A stretch of 32,000 bases of DNA, taken from the NCBI RefSeq assembly GCF_000023965.1, contig NC_013202.1, forward strand, positions 1,710,001 to 1,742,000, read 5' to 3'. Numbering within the stretch: the stretch's first letter is position 1; each line of letters opens with the position of its first letter. The notes under the pieces were generated by a model, which saw only the letters and a list, made by a program, of their open reading frames with translations, was not told the DNA's origin and did no database searches. The position numbers and the translations under genes were made by a program. Source of the DNA: Halomicrobium mukohataei DSM 12286 (GTDB lineage Archaea > Halobacteriota > Halobacteria > Halobacteriales > Haloarculaceae). Shown here piece after piece: positions 25,431 to 32,000 of this stretch.

Positions 25431-26636
25431 TCAGGAGTCGCCGGCCACGTCTTCGATGTCCTCGCGGGTGTCGAAGACCAGTTCGGGATCGAGATCGTCG
25501 AGTTCGAACTCGTAGTACTGGCCGCCGCTGAGGCCCTCGTTGCGTTCGTAACGTTTGAGAAATCCGAGCATCCGCAGGTCCGAGAGGTGGCTGTGGACAC
25601 TCCGGACGGTCGTCAGCGGTTCGTTCGCCCACGATTCGGCGACGTTCTGGTAGAGCTCGTAGATCTCCTTCGCACGGGCGGGCGTCTCGCCGTCGTCTTC
25701 GAGATGAGCCAGCGTCTCCAGAACCAGCTGTGCGTGGGTCGTCTGATCGCGGATCTTGTCGCTGAGACGCCCGCGCTGGACGCGCTCTCGGGCGCGTTCG
25801 ATGTGTTCGTCGGTCACCCGAAACTCGCCCTGGTTCTCGGCGACCTCCGCTCCGACGCGTAGCAGGTCGATCGCCTGCCGGGCGTTGCCCATGTCGCGAG
25901 CGGCCAGCGCGGCGGCCATCGCGATCGCCGACGAGTCGTAACCGTCGTCTTTCAGTGCGTTCTCCGCACGCTCTTCGAGAATTGCGCGGAGTTCGTCGGC
26001 CGAGTACGGCGAGAAGGAGATCTCCGTCTCCATCAGCGTGTCTTTGACCTTCGCCGAGAGCTGCTGGCGGAAGGTGTAGTTGTTCGAGATGCCGATGACG
26101 CCCACGCGCGAGTCGGTGATGTGGCCGATCGAACGCGCTCGCGGGAGCTCGTACAACAGCGTGTCCACATCGTCGAGGTGGTCGATCTCGTCGAAGACGA
26201 CGAGGTGGGTACCGCCAGTCGTGTCGAGTTCCTCGTACAGCGCTCCGAAGGCGTCGCCGGTTCCGAGCCCGCGCTTGGGGAACGTCTCCCCGTCCGGCCC
26301 GCGGAGGTCGTTGACGAGCGCTCGCACGACCATGAACACCGTCTTCCCGTTGCAGTTCTGCTCGTGGACGTGGAGCGCGTCGGCCTCCGGACGCTGCTGG
26401 ATCTCCTCGGTCAGCGCGTCCATCATGTAGTTCGTCACCGCCGTCTTCCCGAGCCCGGCTTTCCCGTAGAGGAAGATGTTCTGGGGGCTCCGGCCGAACA
26501 ACACGTCCTTGAGCGCGTTGCGGTACTCCTCGATCTCTTCGTCGCGTTCGAGGATCTCGTCGGGCTGGTAGTCCTCGGTCAGGACACTTTTGTCTGCGAA
26601 GATAGTGTCCGTAATCGCATCGAAGGGACCACCCAT
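25431..26636 (-). CDS. orc1: Orc1/Cdc6 replication initiator
   Basis: The sequence is MGGPFDAI...LYGKAGLGKTAV (Walker A)...LVVFDEIDHL (Walker B), followed by a C-terminal winged helix. I prefer the ATG at 26636 over the TTG at 26651. Confidence 0.93.
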   Translation of the reverse strand: MGGPFDAITDTIFADKSVLTEDYQPDEILERDEEIEEYRNALKDVLFGRSPQNIFLYGKAGLGKTAVTNYMMDALTEEIQQRPEADALHVHEQNCNGKTVFMVVRALVNDLRGPDGETFPKRGLGTGDAFGALYEELDTTGGTHLVVFDEIDHLDDVDTLLYELPRARSIGHITDSRVGVIGISNNYTFRQQLSAKVKDTLMETEISFSPYSADELRAILEERAENALKDDGYDSSAIAMAAALAARDMGNARQAIDLLRVGAEVAENQGEFRVTDEHIERARERVQRGRLSDKIRDQTTHAQLVLETLAHLEDDGETPARAKEIYELYQNVAESWANEPLTTVRSVHSHLSDLRMLGFLKRYERNEGLSGGQYYEFELDDLDPELVFDTREDIEDVAGDS

Positions 26637-26692
26637 CGTTAGTTCGACCAAACCGTGGCCACCACATAAACCTTACTTCACGTGTTTCTCTT

Positions 26693-27137
26693 GTTTCTCG
26701 TGCTTCAGGAGGTTGCCAGCGTGGCGACGATCATCGTTTCCGATCTCGTCTTCCCCACTGTGAACCCCTCACACACCCGTCCCCCGATTTTTCGTCGCAC
26801 CGCACTCACGTGAAAGCACTCGAAAGCTACTCTCACTCAGTGGTCGACTGGCCTCCGACACGACGAACCATCAACGACTACGAGCCGTCGTCGATTCCGA
26901 GTCGCCAATGACCACCACCTGTCGACGATCACCACCTGTCGACACTGTCCACACACTCCCCCGCTCGCTACTCCGCTATCCCCACCCCTCATTCGCAACC
27001 GAAAGCACTCGAAATCCCCTCTCACTCTCTACTGACTCGCCCGTTCGCCGTCTCGGTCGCTCCCCAGAGTAGATTTCGAGTGCTTCTCACGCGACCGCAC
27101 CGGCCTGTCGGGTGGGGAGAGTACGTTTCGTGTGCTT
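26693..27137. repeat. ORB-like origin repeats at the 5' side of orc1
   Basis: AAAGCACTCGAAA occurs at 26813-26825 and 27002-27014 in minus orientation. TTTCGAGTGCTT occurs at 27074-27085 in plus orientation. Degenerate copies are GTTTCGTGTGCTT at 27125-27137 and GTTTCTCGTGCTT at 26693-26705. Associated G/C-strings lie at 26776-26785, 26980-26988 and 27110-27117. Confidence 0.7.
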
Positions 27138-27208
27138 CCCGACAACGACTCACACGACGCGAGCGAGACCGGCCAGACGGCCCGCCTCACTGCCAGCCCT
27201 CGCGCCGA

Positions 27209-27697
27209 TCAGTGCGTCGCCCGGTACTGCCCGTCGGCCTCAGACACCAGCCCGAACGTCTCGGCCCACCCGAGCAACCGCTCTCCTCGTTCGTGCCACT
27301 CGGTTTTCCAGTCTTCGTGGCGGTTCCGTTCCCACCGGGGAATCTCCTCTCGGATGGCAGTAAAGACCGCTTCGGGCGTCCGTGGCTCCGTCGCCACACA
27401 CCCCAGCACCTCTCGGGCACCGAAGACCCGCTCTCGGAAGGCTTCGGCCAGTTCCTCGCCGCTCGGCGCGTCACGCACCCGGTGGAATCCGCGGTCGGTC
27501 TCGGCGACGAGGGCCAGCGCCTGCATGAACGTCAGGTACTCCCGTGCTTCGTCTCGCGACGTGACCGCAGTTCCGTCCCGCACCCGCGTACAGCAGTCCT
27601 CGACGCTGCCGGGGACCAGTGGGAGCGTCCCGGCGGCCGCTCGGAGGAAGCGCACCGTGCGGACCGGCGGGACGATCTTGTACCGGAGGTCAGACAT
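27209..27697 (-). CDS. Conserved-looking hypothetical protein downstream of mch
   Basis: 162 aa with halophile-like composition. It starts 4 nt after the mch stop. I recognise no family. Confidence 0.6.
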   Translation of the reverse strand: MSDLRYKIVPPVRTVRFLRAAAGTLPLVPGSVEDCCTRVRDGTAVTSRDEAREYLTFMQALALVAETDRGFHRVRDAPSGEELAEAFRERVFGAREVLGCVATEPRTPEAVFTAIREEIPRWERNRHEDWKTEWHERGERLLGWAETFGLVSEADGQYRATH

Positions 27698-27701
27698 CCG
27701 C

Positions 27702-28634
27702 TCAGAGTCCGAAGCTCTCGGCCAGCACGTCCTCGTGGGTATCGCCGAAGACGTGGGTCTCGCCGCCGAGCACGTCGACGGTCACCTGCGCCGGTGCGAA
27801 CACCTCGACGGGGACCTCGCTGAAGTCCCAGTCGGCGTCGTCGAACGCCTCGACCAGCGGCGTGCCGTACTCCTCGGCCGCGACGGAGACCACCTCGTCG
27901 AAGCGATCGAACTCCTCCTCGACGGTGAGGTGGACCTGCCCGCCGTAGGCCAGCGCGTCCGTCGTGCGGGCCATCGCAGCCTCCTCGCTGTCGGCGACGG
28001 GTGCGACGGGCGCGGAGCCGGTCGCCGAGAGGATCGAGACGGGATCGTACCCCAGCTCGGACAACCGGAACGCCGCCAGCTCGGCGGCCCGTGCGGCGGC
28101 GACGACGCTGCCCGTGACGCTGGCCGTCGCGTAGACCGGGAGGAAGACGGCCGTCTCGGGAACGCCGGTCCGCTCGGCGACGTGGCCGGCCACGTCCTGC
28201 TCCGGTAGCTCGTCGGCCTCGATCGTCAACACGGCGAAGTCCGCGGCGTCGTGATAGCCCACGCGGCTGTAGATCTCCTCTTCGGCCACCAGCGCGCGGG
28301 CGGGGCCGCTGCCCAGCCCCTCGAAGCCGCCGACGCTGAGCTCCCAGCCGCCTTTCTGGGAACACAGCAGCCCCAGGGCGGGGTGATCGGTCGACAGTTC
28401 GACGTGGGTCAGCGGCGCGCCCGCGACGCTCGACAGCTTCGTCTGGACGGTCGCCAGTCCGGCCGTCTGTATCTCGGTCGCGAGCAGCCCCGCCTCGACG
28501 GCACCGGGAACGTCGACACCGAAATCGAGCACCGCGGCGTCGCCCTCCAGCGCGTGGACGGCGATCGTCAGTTCGTCGGCGAAGTCGATCGCCTCGTCGA
28601 CGAGCTCCGTCGCCATCCGATTGAGACTCTCCAT
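27702..28634 (-). CDS. mch: Methenyltetrahydromethanopterin cyclohydrolase-family protein
   Basis: MESLNRMATELVDEA...GLLCSQKGGWEL...GSGPARAL...ASVTGSV matches my recollection of Mch. A GTG at 28640 is an alternative start. Confidence 0.85.
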   Translation of the reverse strand: MESLNRMATELVDEAIDFADELTIAVHALEGDAAVLDFGVDVPGAVEAGLLATEIQTAGLATVQTKLSSVAGAPLTHVELSTDHPALGLLCSQKGGWELSVGGFEGLGSGPARALVAEEEIYSRVGYHDAADFAVLTIEADELPEQDVAGHVAERTGVPETAVFLPVYATASVTGSVVAAARAAELAAFRLSELGYDPVSILSATGSAPVAPVADSEEAAMARTTDALAYGGQVHLTVEEEFDRFDEVVSVAAEEYGTPLVEAFDDADWDFSEVPVEVFAPAQVTVDVLGGETHVFGDTHEDVLAESFGL

Positions 28635-28735
28635 ACCCACCGCTTGGCGCTCCCTGCCCTAAGACTGTTCGTGTTCGACGGGCACCCGCTCTCGCCGTTC
28701 GGCGACGGGCGCTATCTGTGGTTACGCGGACGTAC

Positions 28736-28942
28736 TCACGTCACGACGAGATAGACGCCCGCCGCGGCCAGGACGAGTCCGGCGACGCGTCCCAGCGTCT
28801 CGTTGATCTGGACCTCGTCGCCGCCGGCACCCAGATAGAGGTACTGCTGCTGGAGTTTCCCCATCGCCACCGGCTTGATCGCCCAGACGACGCCGAGTAC
28901 CACGCAAAACGCCCCGAACGCGACGGTCAGCCACGATTGCAT
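28736..28942 (-). CDS. Small two-TM membrane protein
   Basis: 68 aa from ATG 28942 (MQSWLTVAFGAFCVVLGVVWAI...VAGLVLAAAGVYLVV). I recognise no family. Confidence 0.5.
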   Translation of the reverse strand: MQSWLTVAFGAFCVVLGVVWAIKPVAMGKLQQQYLYLGAGGDEVQINETLGRVAGLVLAAAGVYLVVT

Positions 28943-28970
28943 GCCCACACCTGTGTCGGCCTTCGTGAAA

Positions 28971-29285
28971 TCAGTCGCGGTCGCTCCGGGCCGCCCGACC
29001 GAGGTGCTCCTCGACGGCGGTTACCTTGTCGGCGGCCTCCTGGTCGACAGTCCGCTTGTCGTCTATCTTCAGGAAGGTCTCGACGCGATCGGCCTCGACT
29101 GCCTCGTGGGCGGCGTGTGCCGCGTCGAACAGCTCCTTGCTGTCCTGGGCTTCGATGAGCGTGCCCATCGGCGTCGTCTCGTAGGACACGTCGAACGGCT
29201 CCAGCGCGGCGACGGCGTCGGCGACGTACGACGCCATGCTCTCTTCGACGACCGGTGCGACCGAGAGGAACGCGATACAGGTCAT
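28971..29285 (-). CDS. MTH1187/YkoF-family (DUF77) thiamine-binding-like protein
   Basis: 104 aa. The stretches CIAFLSVAPV, YETTPMGTLIE and ADRVETFLKIDDKR fit the family as I recall it. Confidence 0.75.
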   Translation of the reverse strand: MTCIAFLSVAPVVEESMASYVADAVAALEPFDVSYETTPMGTLIEAQDSKELFDAAHAAHEAVEADRVETFLKIDDKRTVDQEAADKVTAVEEHLGRAARSDRD

Positions 29286-29348
29286 GCTGGTAGCTGACGG
29301 TTCGACACACCGCCCCTTAGATCACGCGGTGGCAACATTCCACATTAT

Positions 29349-29501
29349 CGCGATCACCACGTGACCGCGATCACCATGTCACCGCGATCACCACGTGACC
29401 GCGATCACCATGTCACCGCGATCACCACGTGACCGCGATCACCATGTCACCGCGATCACCACGTGACCGCGATCACCATGTCACCGCGATCACCACGTCA
29501 C
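29349..29501. repeat. Nine head-to-tail 17-bp units (34-bp dimer period)
   Basis: The units alternate strictly between CGCGATCACCACGTGAC and CGCGATCACCATGTCAC, and the last unit is CGCGATCACCACGTCAC. There are no spacers. The period is not a multiple of 3, so the array is non-coding. Confidence 0.95.
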
Positions 29502-29662
29502 CGCGGGAGGTTGTGGTACCGTTCGGAATGCGAAACACTCCCTCTAACACCGTCGCCGACTCCGCCCATCTCCGCCTCACCGTTGCCGACTCCATGTTTT
29601 TCTCGACCGTGTACGACCTCAGTCAGTGACGAGTGGGCGCTGTATCGACTCCTCGTACCGTT

Positions 29663-29683
29663 CCAATAAGTATAGGTTATTGG
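29663..29683 (+). promoter_or_regulatory. Palindrome overlapping the probable promoter of the HalX response regulator
   Basis: CCAATAA-GTATAGG-TTATTGG is a perfect inverted repeat with 7-bp arms. Its AT-rich centre lies about 27 nt upstream of the GTG at 29701. Confidence 0.3.
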
Positions 29684-29700
29684 GCACGAAAGTCGCCCTC

Positions 29701-30261
29701 GTGAGGGGTGTTTCAGACGACGTTGCGGTGCTCGTCCTCGAAGACGAGACCGAACTACTGGACGCGTACGTCAACGGGCTCGAAGACGAGTACGACGTGT
29801 ACGCAGCCGAGACCGCGGCGACTGCGACGGACCACGTGGACGGTCTCGGCGACGATCTCGACGTGGCCCTCCTCGATCGCCGGCTCCCCGAACGGTCCGG
29901 CGACGACGTTCTGAAGTACATCCAGTCGGCACCCATCGACTGTCGAACGGCTATGGTGACCGCCGTCGACCCGTCGCTCGACATCATCGACATGGGGTTC
30001 GACGACTACGTGGTCAAACCGGTCACGCCGTCCGACCTTCGGACGGTGATCGACCGACTGTTGAAACTAGAAGCGTACGACGACGTCTACCAGACGCTGA
30101 GCGAGAAACGCGTCAAGCGGAGCGTCCTCGCGGCCGAACTGTCTCGCACGGAACTCGAACGCAGCGAGGAGTTCGCCGCGCTACAGTCCGAGATTGCCGA
30201 TCTCGAAGCCCAACTCGAATCGATCGAGTCGGAGATCGACGACGAGGCCCTCCCGCACTGA
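29701..30261 (+). CDS. Response regulator with C-terminal HalX-type coiled-coil domain
   Basis: The receiver domain has VLVLEDE, ALLDRRLP (phospho-acceptor Asp) and DYVVKP. The helical C-terminus (EAYDDVYQTLSEKRVKRSVL...) resembles HalX. I chose the GTG at 29701, but the frame is open from 29626. No kinase gene is adjacent. Confidence 0.8.
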   Translation: MRGVSDDVAVLVLEDETELLDAYVNGLEDEYDVYAAETAATATDHVDGLGDDLDVALLDRRLPERSGDDVLKYIQSAPIDCRTAMVTAVDPSLDIIDMGFDDYVVKPVTPSDLRTVIDRLLKLEAYDDVYQTLSEKRVKRSVLAAELSRTELERSEEFAALQSEIADLEAQLESIESEIDDEALPH

Positions 30262-30270
30262 TCGCGCCGA

Positions 30271-31419
30271 TCAGGTCGGCGGGCTGGAGATCTCGCCGCT
30301 CATGTCGAGTCGGCGGTTGTGGACCGCTTCGCCCGACCGTCCGTCGAAGAGGTGGATCGTCTCTTCGGGAATCGAGACGGTAACACGATCACCGACGGCG
30401 GCCTGCTGGAGGCCGTCGATCGTCGCGATGAACGTCTCGCCCTCCGGTGCGCTCTCGAACCGGAGATACACCGTGTTCTCGTCGCCCATCGGCTCCACTA
30501 CCTCGACGATCGCCGAGTAGGTGTGGCTGCCCGATTCGTCGGTGCCGACTTCGACGTCCTCGGGGCGGACGCCGAGCGTGACGTTTCGGGTCTCGCCCAC
30601 GTCGTCGAGCGTCGACTGAGAGAGGGGATACTCGAACCGCGAACCGACGAGCGTGTCGCCGTCCCGCTCCATGTCGAAGAAGTTCATCGACGGATCGCCG
30701 ATGAAGCCGGCGACGAACTGGTTGGCGGGCTCGTGGTAACACTCAAGCGGCGTCGCCACCTGCTGGAGCTTCCCGTCGTTGAGGATGGCGATGCGGTCGC
30801 CCATCGTCATGGCCTCGGTCTGGTCGTGGGTGACGTACATCGTCGTCACGTCCAGTTCGGCCTGCAAGCGCTGGAGCTCCGTCCGCATCTGGGAGCGCAG
30901 CTTGGCGTCGAGGTTGCTGAGCGGCTCGTCCATCAGGAACACCTCCGGATCTCGGACGATCGCTCGGCCGAGCGCGACGCGCTGTTGCTGGCCACCAGAG
31001 AGCTCCGAGGGTTTGCGATCCAGCAGCTCCGCGATACCCATCGTCTCTGCGGCGTCGTGGACTCGCTCTTCGATCTCGTCGTCCGGGAGCGTCGTCGACT
31101 CCTCCAGGCCGAACGCCATGTTCTCCGCCACGGTCATGTGGGGGTACAGCGCGTACGACTGGAACACCATCGCGATGTCGCGATTCTGGGGTTTCTCGTC
31201 GTTGACGACCCGTCCGTCAAGGCGGATGTTGCCGCTGGTCACCGTCTCCAGCCCGGCGACCATCCGCAGGGTCGTCGACTTGCCACAGCCGGAGGGGCCG
31301 ACGACGACGATGAACTCGCCGTCGTCCATCTGGATGTCGACGTTGTCGACTGCGACGATCTCGCCTTCTTCGCCGTCATGGAACACCTTCGTCAGTCGGT
31401 CGAGTTCGAGCGTTCCCAT
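30271..31419 (-). CDS. Sugar-type ABC transporter ATP-binding protein (MalK/UgpC-like)
   Basis: 382 aa. Walker A is GPSGCGKST, the signature is [14 protein letters not shown] and Walker B is FLMDEP. A C-terminal MalK-type regulatory/TOBE-like domain follows. Confidence 0.9.
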   Translation of the reverse strand: MGTLELDRLTKVFHDGEEGEIVAVDNVDIQMDDGEFIVVVGPSGCGKSTTLRMVAGLETVTSGNIRLDGRVVNDEKPQNRDIAMVFQSYALYPHMTVAENMAFGLEESTTLPDDEIEERVHDAAETMGIAELLDRKPSELSGGQQQRVALGRAIVRDPEVFLMDEPLSNLDAKLRSQMRTELQRLQAELDVTTMYVTHDQTEAMTMGDRIAILNDGKLQQVATPLECYHEPANQFVAGFIGDPSMNFFDMERDGDTLVGSRFEYPLSQSTLDDVGETRNVTLGVRPEDVEVGTDESGSHTYSAIVEVVEPMGDENTVYLRFESAPEGETFIATIDGLQQAAVGDRVTVSIPEETIHLFDGRSGEAVHNRRLDMSGEISSPPT

Positions 31420-31521
31420 CCTACCGCCCCCCGGAAGCGACGGTACAGTTCTCGTGCGATACGTCTCGTCGACTGTGTGACTGATGTCGAATCATGAGTT
31501 CCTGCTGGCTGGTGCGTCCGG

Positions 31522-32000
31522 TCATGTCGCCACCCCTTCGGCGAACTCCTCGCCGAACATGATGTACACCGCGAGCGTCGGCAAGGCGGCGATGAACGCA
31601 CCCGCCATCCGAAGCGCGAAGTCCTGTCCTTCGAGTGACTGTCCCAGGCCCGCGAGGATCAGCACGATCGGTGCGGCCGTACTGGACTCGGTCTGGACCA
31701 ACACGAGCGTGAACAGCAAGTCGTTCCAGATCTGGGTGAACTGATAGATCAGAACGACGGCGAACATCGGTCCCGACAGCGGGAGGACGATCCGGCGATA
31801 GACGCGCCGGATCGACGCGCCGTCGAGCCGTGCCGCTTCGATCATCTCCTCGCTCATGTTCTTGTAGTACGATCGGAACAGCACCGTACAGATCGGGAGC
31901 CCGTAGGCGACGTGTGTGACGATGAGCTCGACGACGCCGGTGTAGTCCGAGCTGATCCCGAGTGCCCACACGAAGCCGAGTGCCTCCTGCAGTGGTATCA
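31522..32000 (-). CDS. Carbohydrate ABC transporter permease, C-terminal part (gene runs off the right edge)
   Basis: The EAA loop is EEMIEAARLDGASIRRVYRRIVLP. The frame stays open to position 32000 (IPLQEALGFVWALG...). Confidence 0.85.
   Translation of the reverse strand, partial: IPLQEALGFVWALGISSDYTGVVELIVTHVAYGLPICTVLFRSYYKNMSEEMIEAARLDGASIRRVYRRIVLPLSGPMFAVVLIYQFTQIWNDLLFTLVLVQTESSTAAPIVLILAGLGQSLEGQDFALRMAGAFIAALPTLAVYIMFGEEFAEGVAT

Noticed and set aside
29429-29669. ORFs of 66 and 68 aa read through the 17-bp tandem array (MTAITMSPRSPR...).
   Set aside because: A 17-bp period cannot maintain a reading frame. These ORFs are by-products of the repeat.
29710-29720. GTTTCAGACGA, the first 11 nt of the haloarchaeal CRISPR repeat, occurs at the start of the response-regulator gene.
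   Set aside because: The similarity ends after 11 nt, and there is no second copy at CRISPR spacing. The string encodes VSDD in a well-supported receiver domain.

Overview
This is a high-GC chromosomal segment from a haloarchaeon (class Halobacteria). The assignment rests on acidic proteins, Tat/lipobox signals, a HalX-type response regulator, rpS8e, Orc1/Cdc6 and Mch.

Layout:
- 1-9.3 kb: a phosphate block. It holds pstS-pstC-pstA-pstB followed by a HAD hydrolase fragment, a divergent AbrB-PhoU regulator, and an ApaH-like metallophosphoesterase translationally coupled to polyphosphate kinase.
- 9.3-12.6 kb: a 0.5 kb non-coding gap containing a 340-bp element bounded by inverted hairpin repeats, then rps8e, a DUF2240 gene, small conserved genes and pyrF.
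- 12.55-16.4 kb: a strand-skewed C-rich spacer followed by a visibly lower-GC island. Hand counts of a few 60-nt lines give about 50% G+C in its genes and about 30% between them. The island encodes a Ser/Thr-rich secreted-looking protein and a Tat-lipoprotein beta-propeller, and it carries two decayed 30-nt CRISPR repeats of the haloarchaeal type I-B kind with no cas genes.
- 16.4-23.1 kb: a zinc-finger miniprotein, a membrane J-domain protein, a divergent TetR/TetR-MATE unit, a HAD phosphatase and an overlapping arsR-arsC-acr3 operon.
- 23.1-27.2 kb: an EF-Tu-like GTPase converging on orc1/cdc6. That gene is bracketed on both sides by ORB-like repeats with G-strings, which indicates a replication origin.
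- 27.2-32 kb: mch plus a small conserved gene, a thiamine-binding-family protein, a perfect 9-unit 17-bp tandem array, a HalX response regulator and part of a sugar-type ABC transporter.

No tRNA or rRNA genes were seen. I found no convincing novel multi-gene system. The most unusual items are non-coding: the origin architecture, the 17-bp array, the fossil CRISPR repeats and the hairpin-bounded element. All functional calls come from reading the supplied translations and from motif recall, not from database searches.
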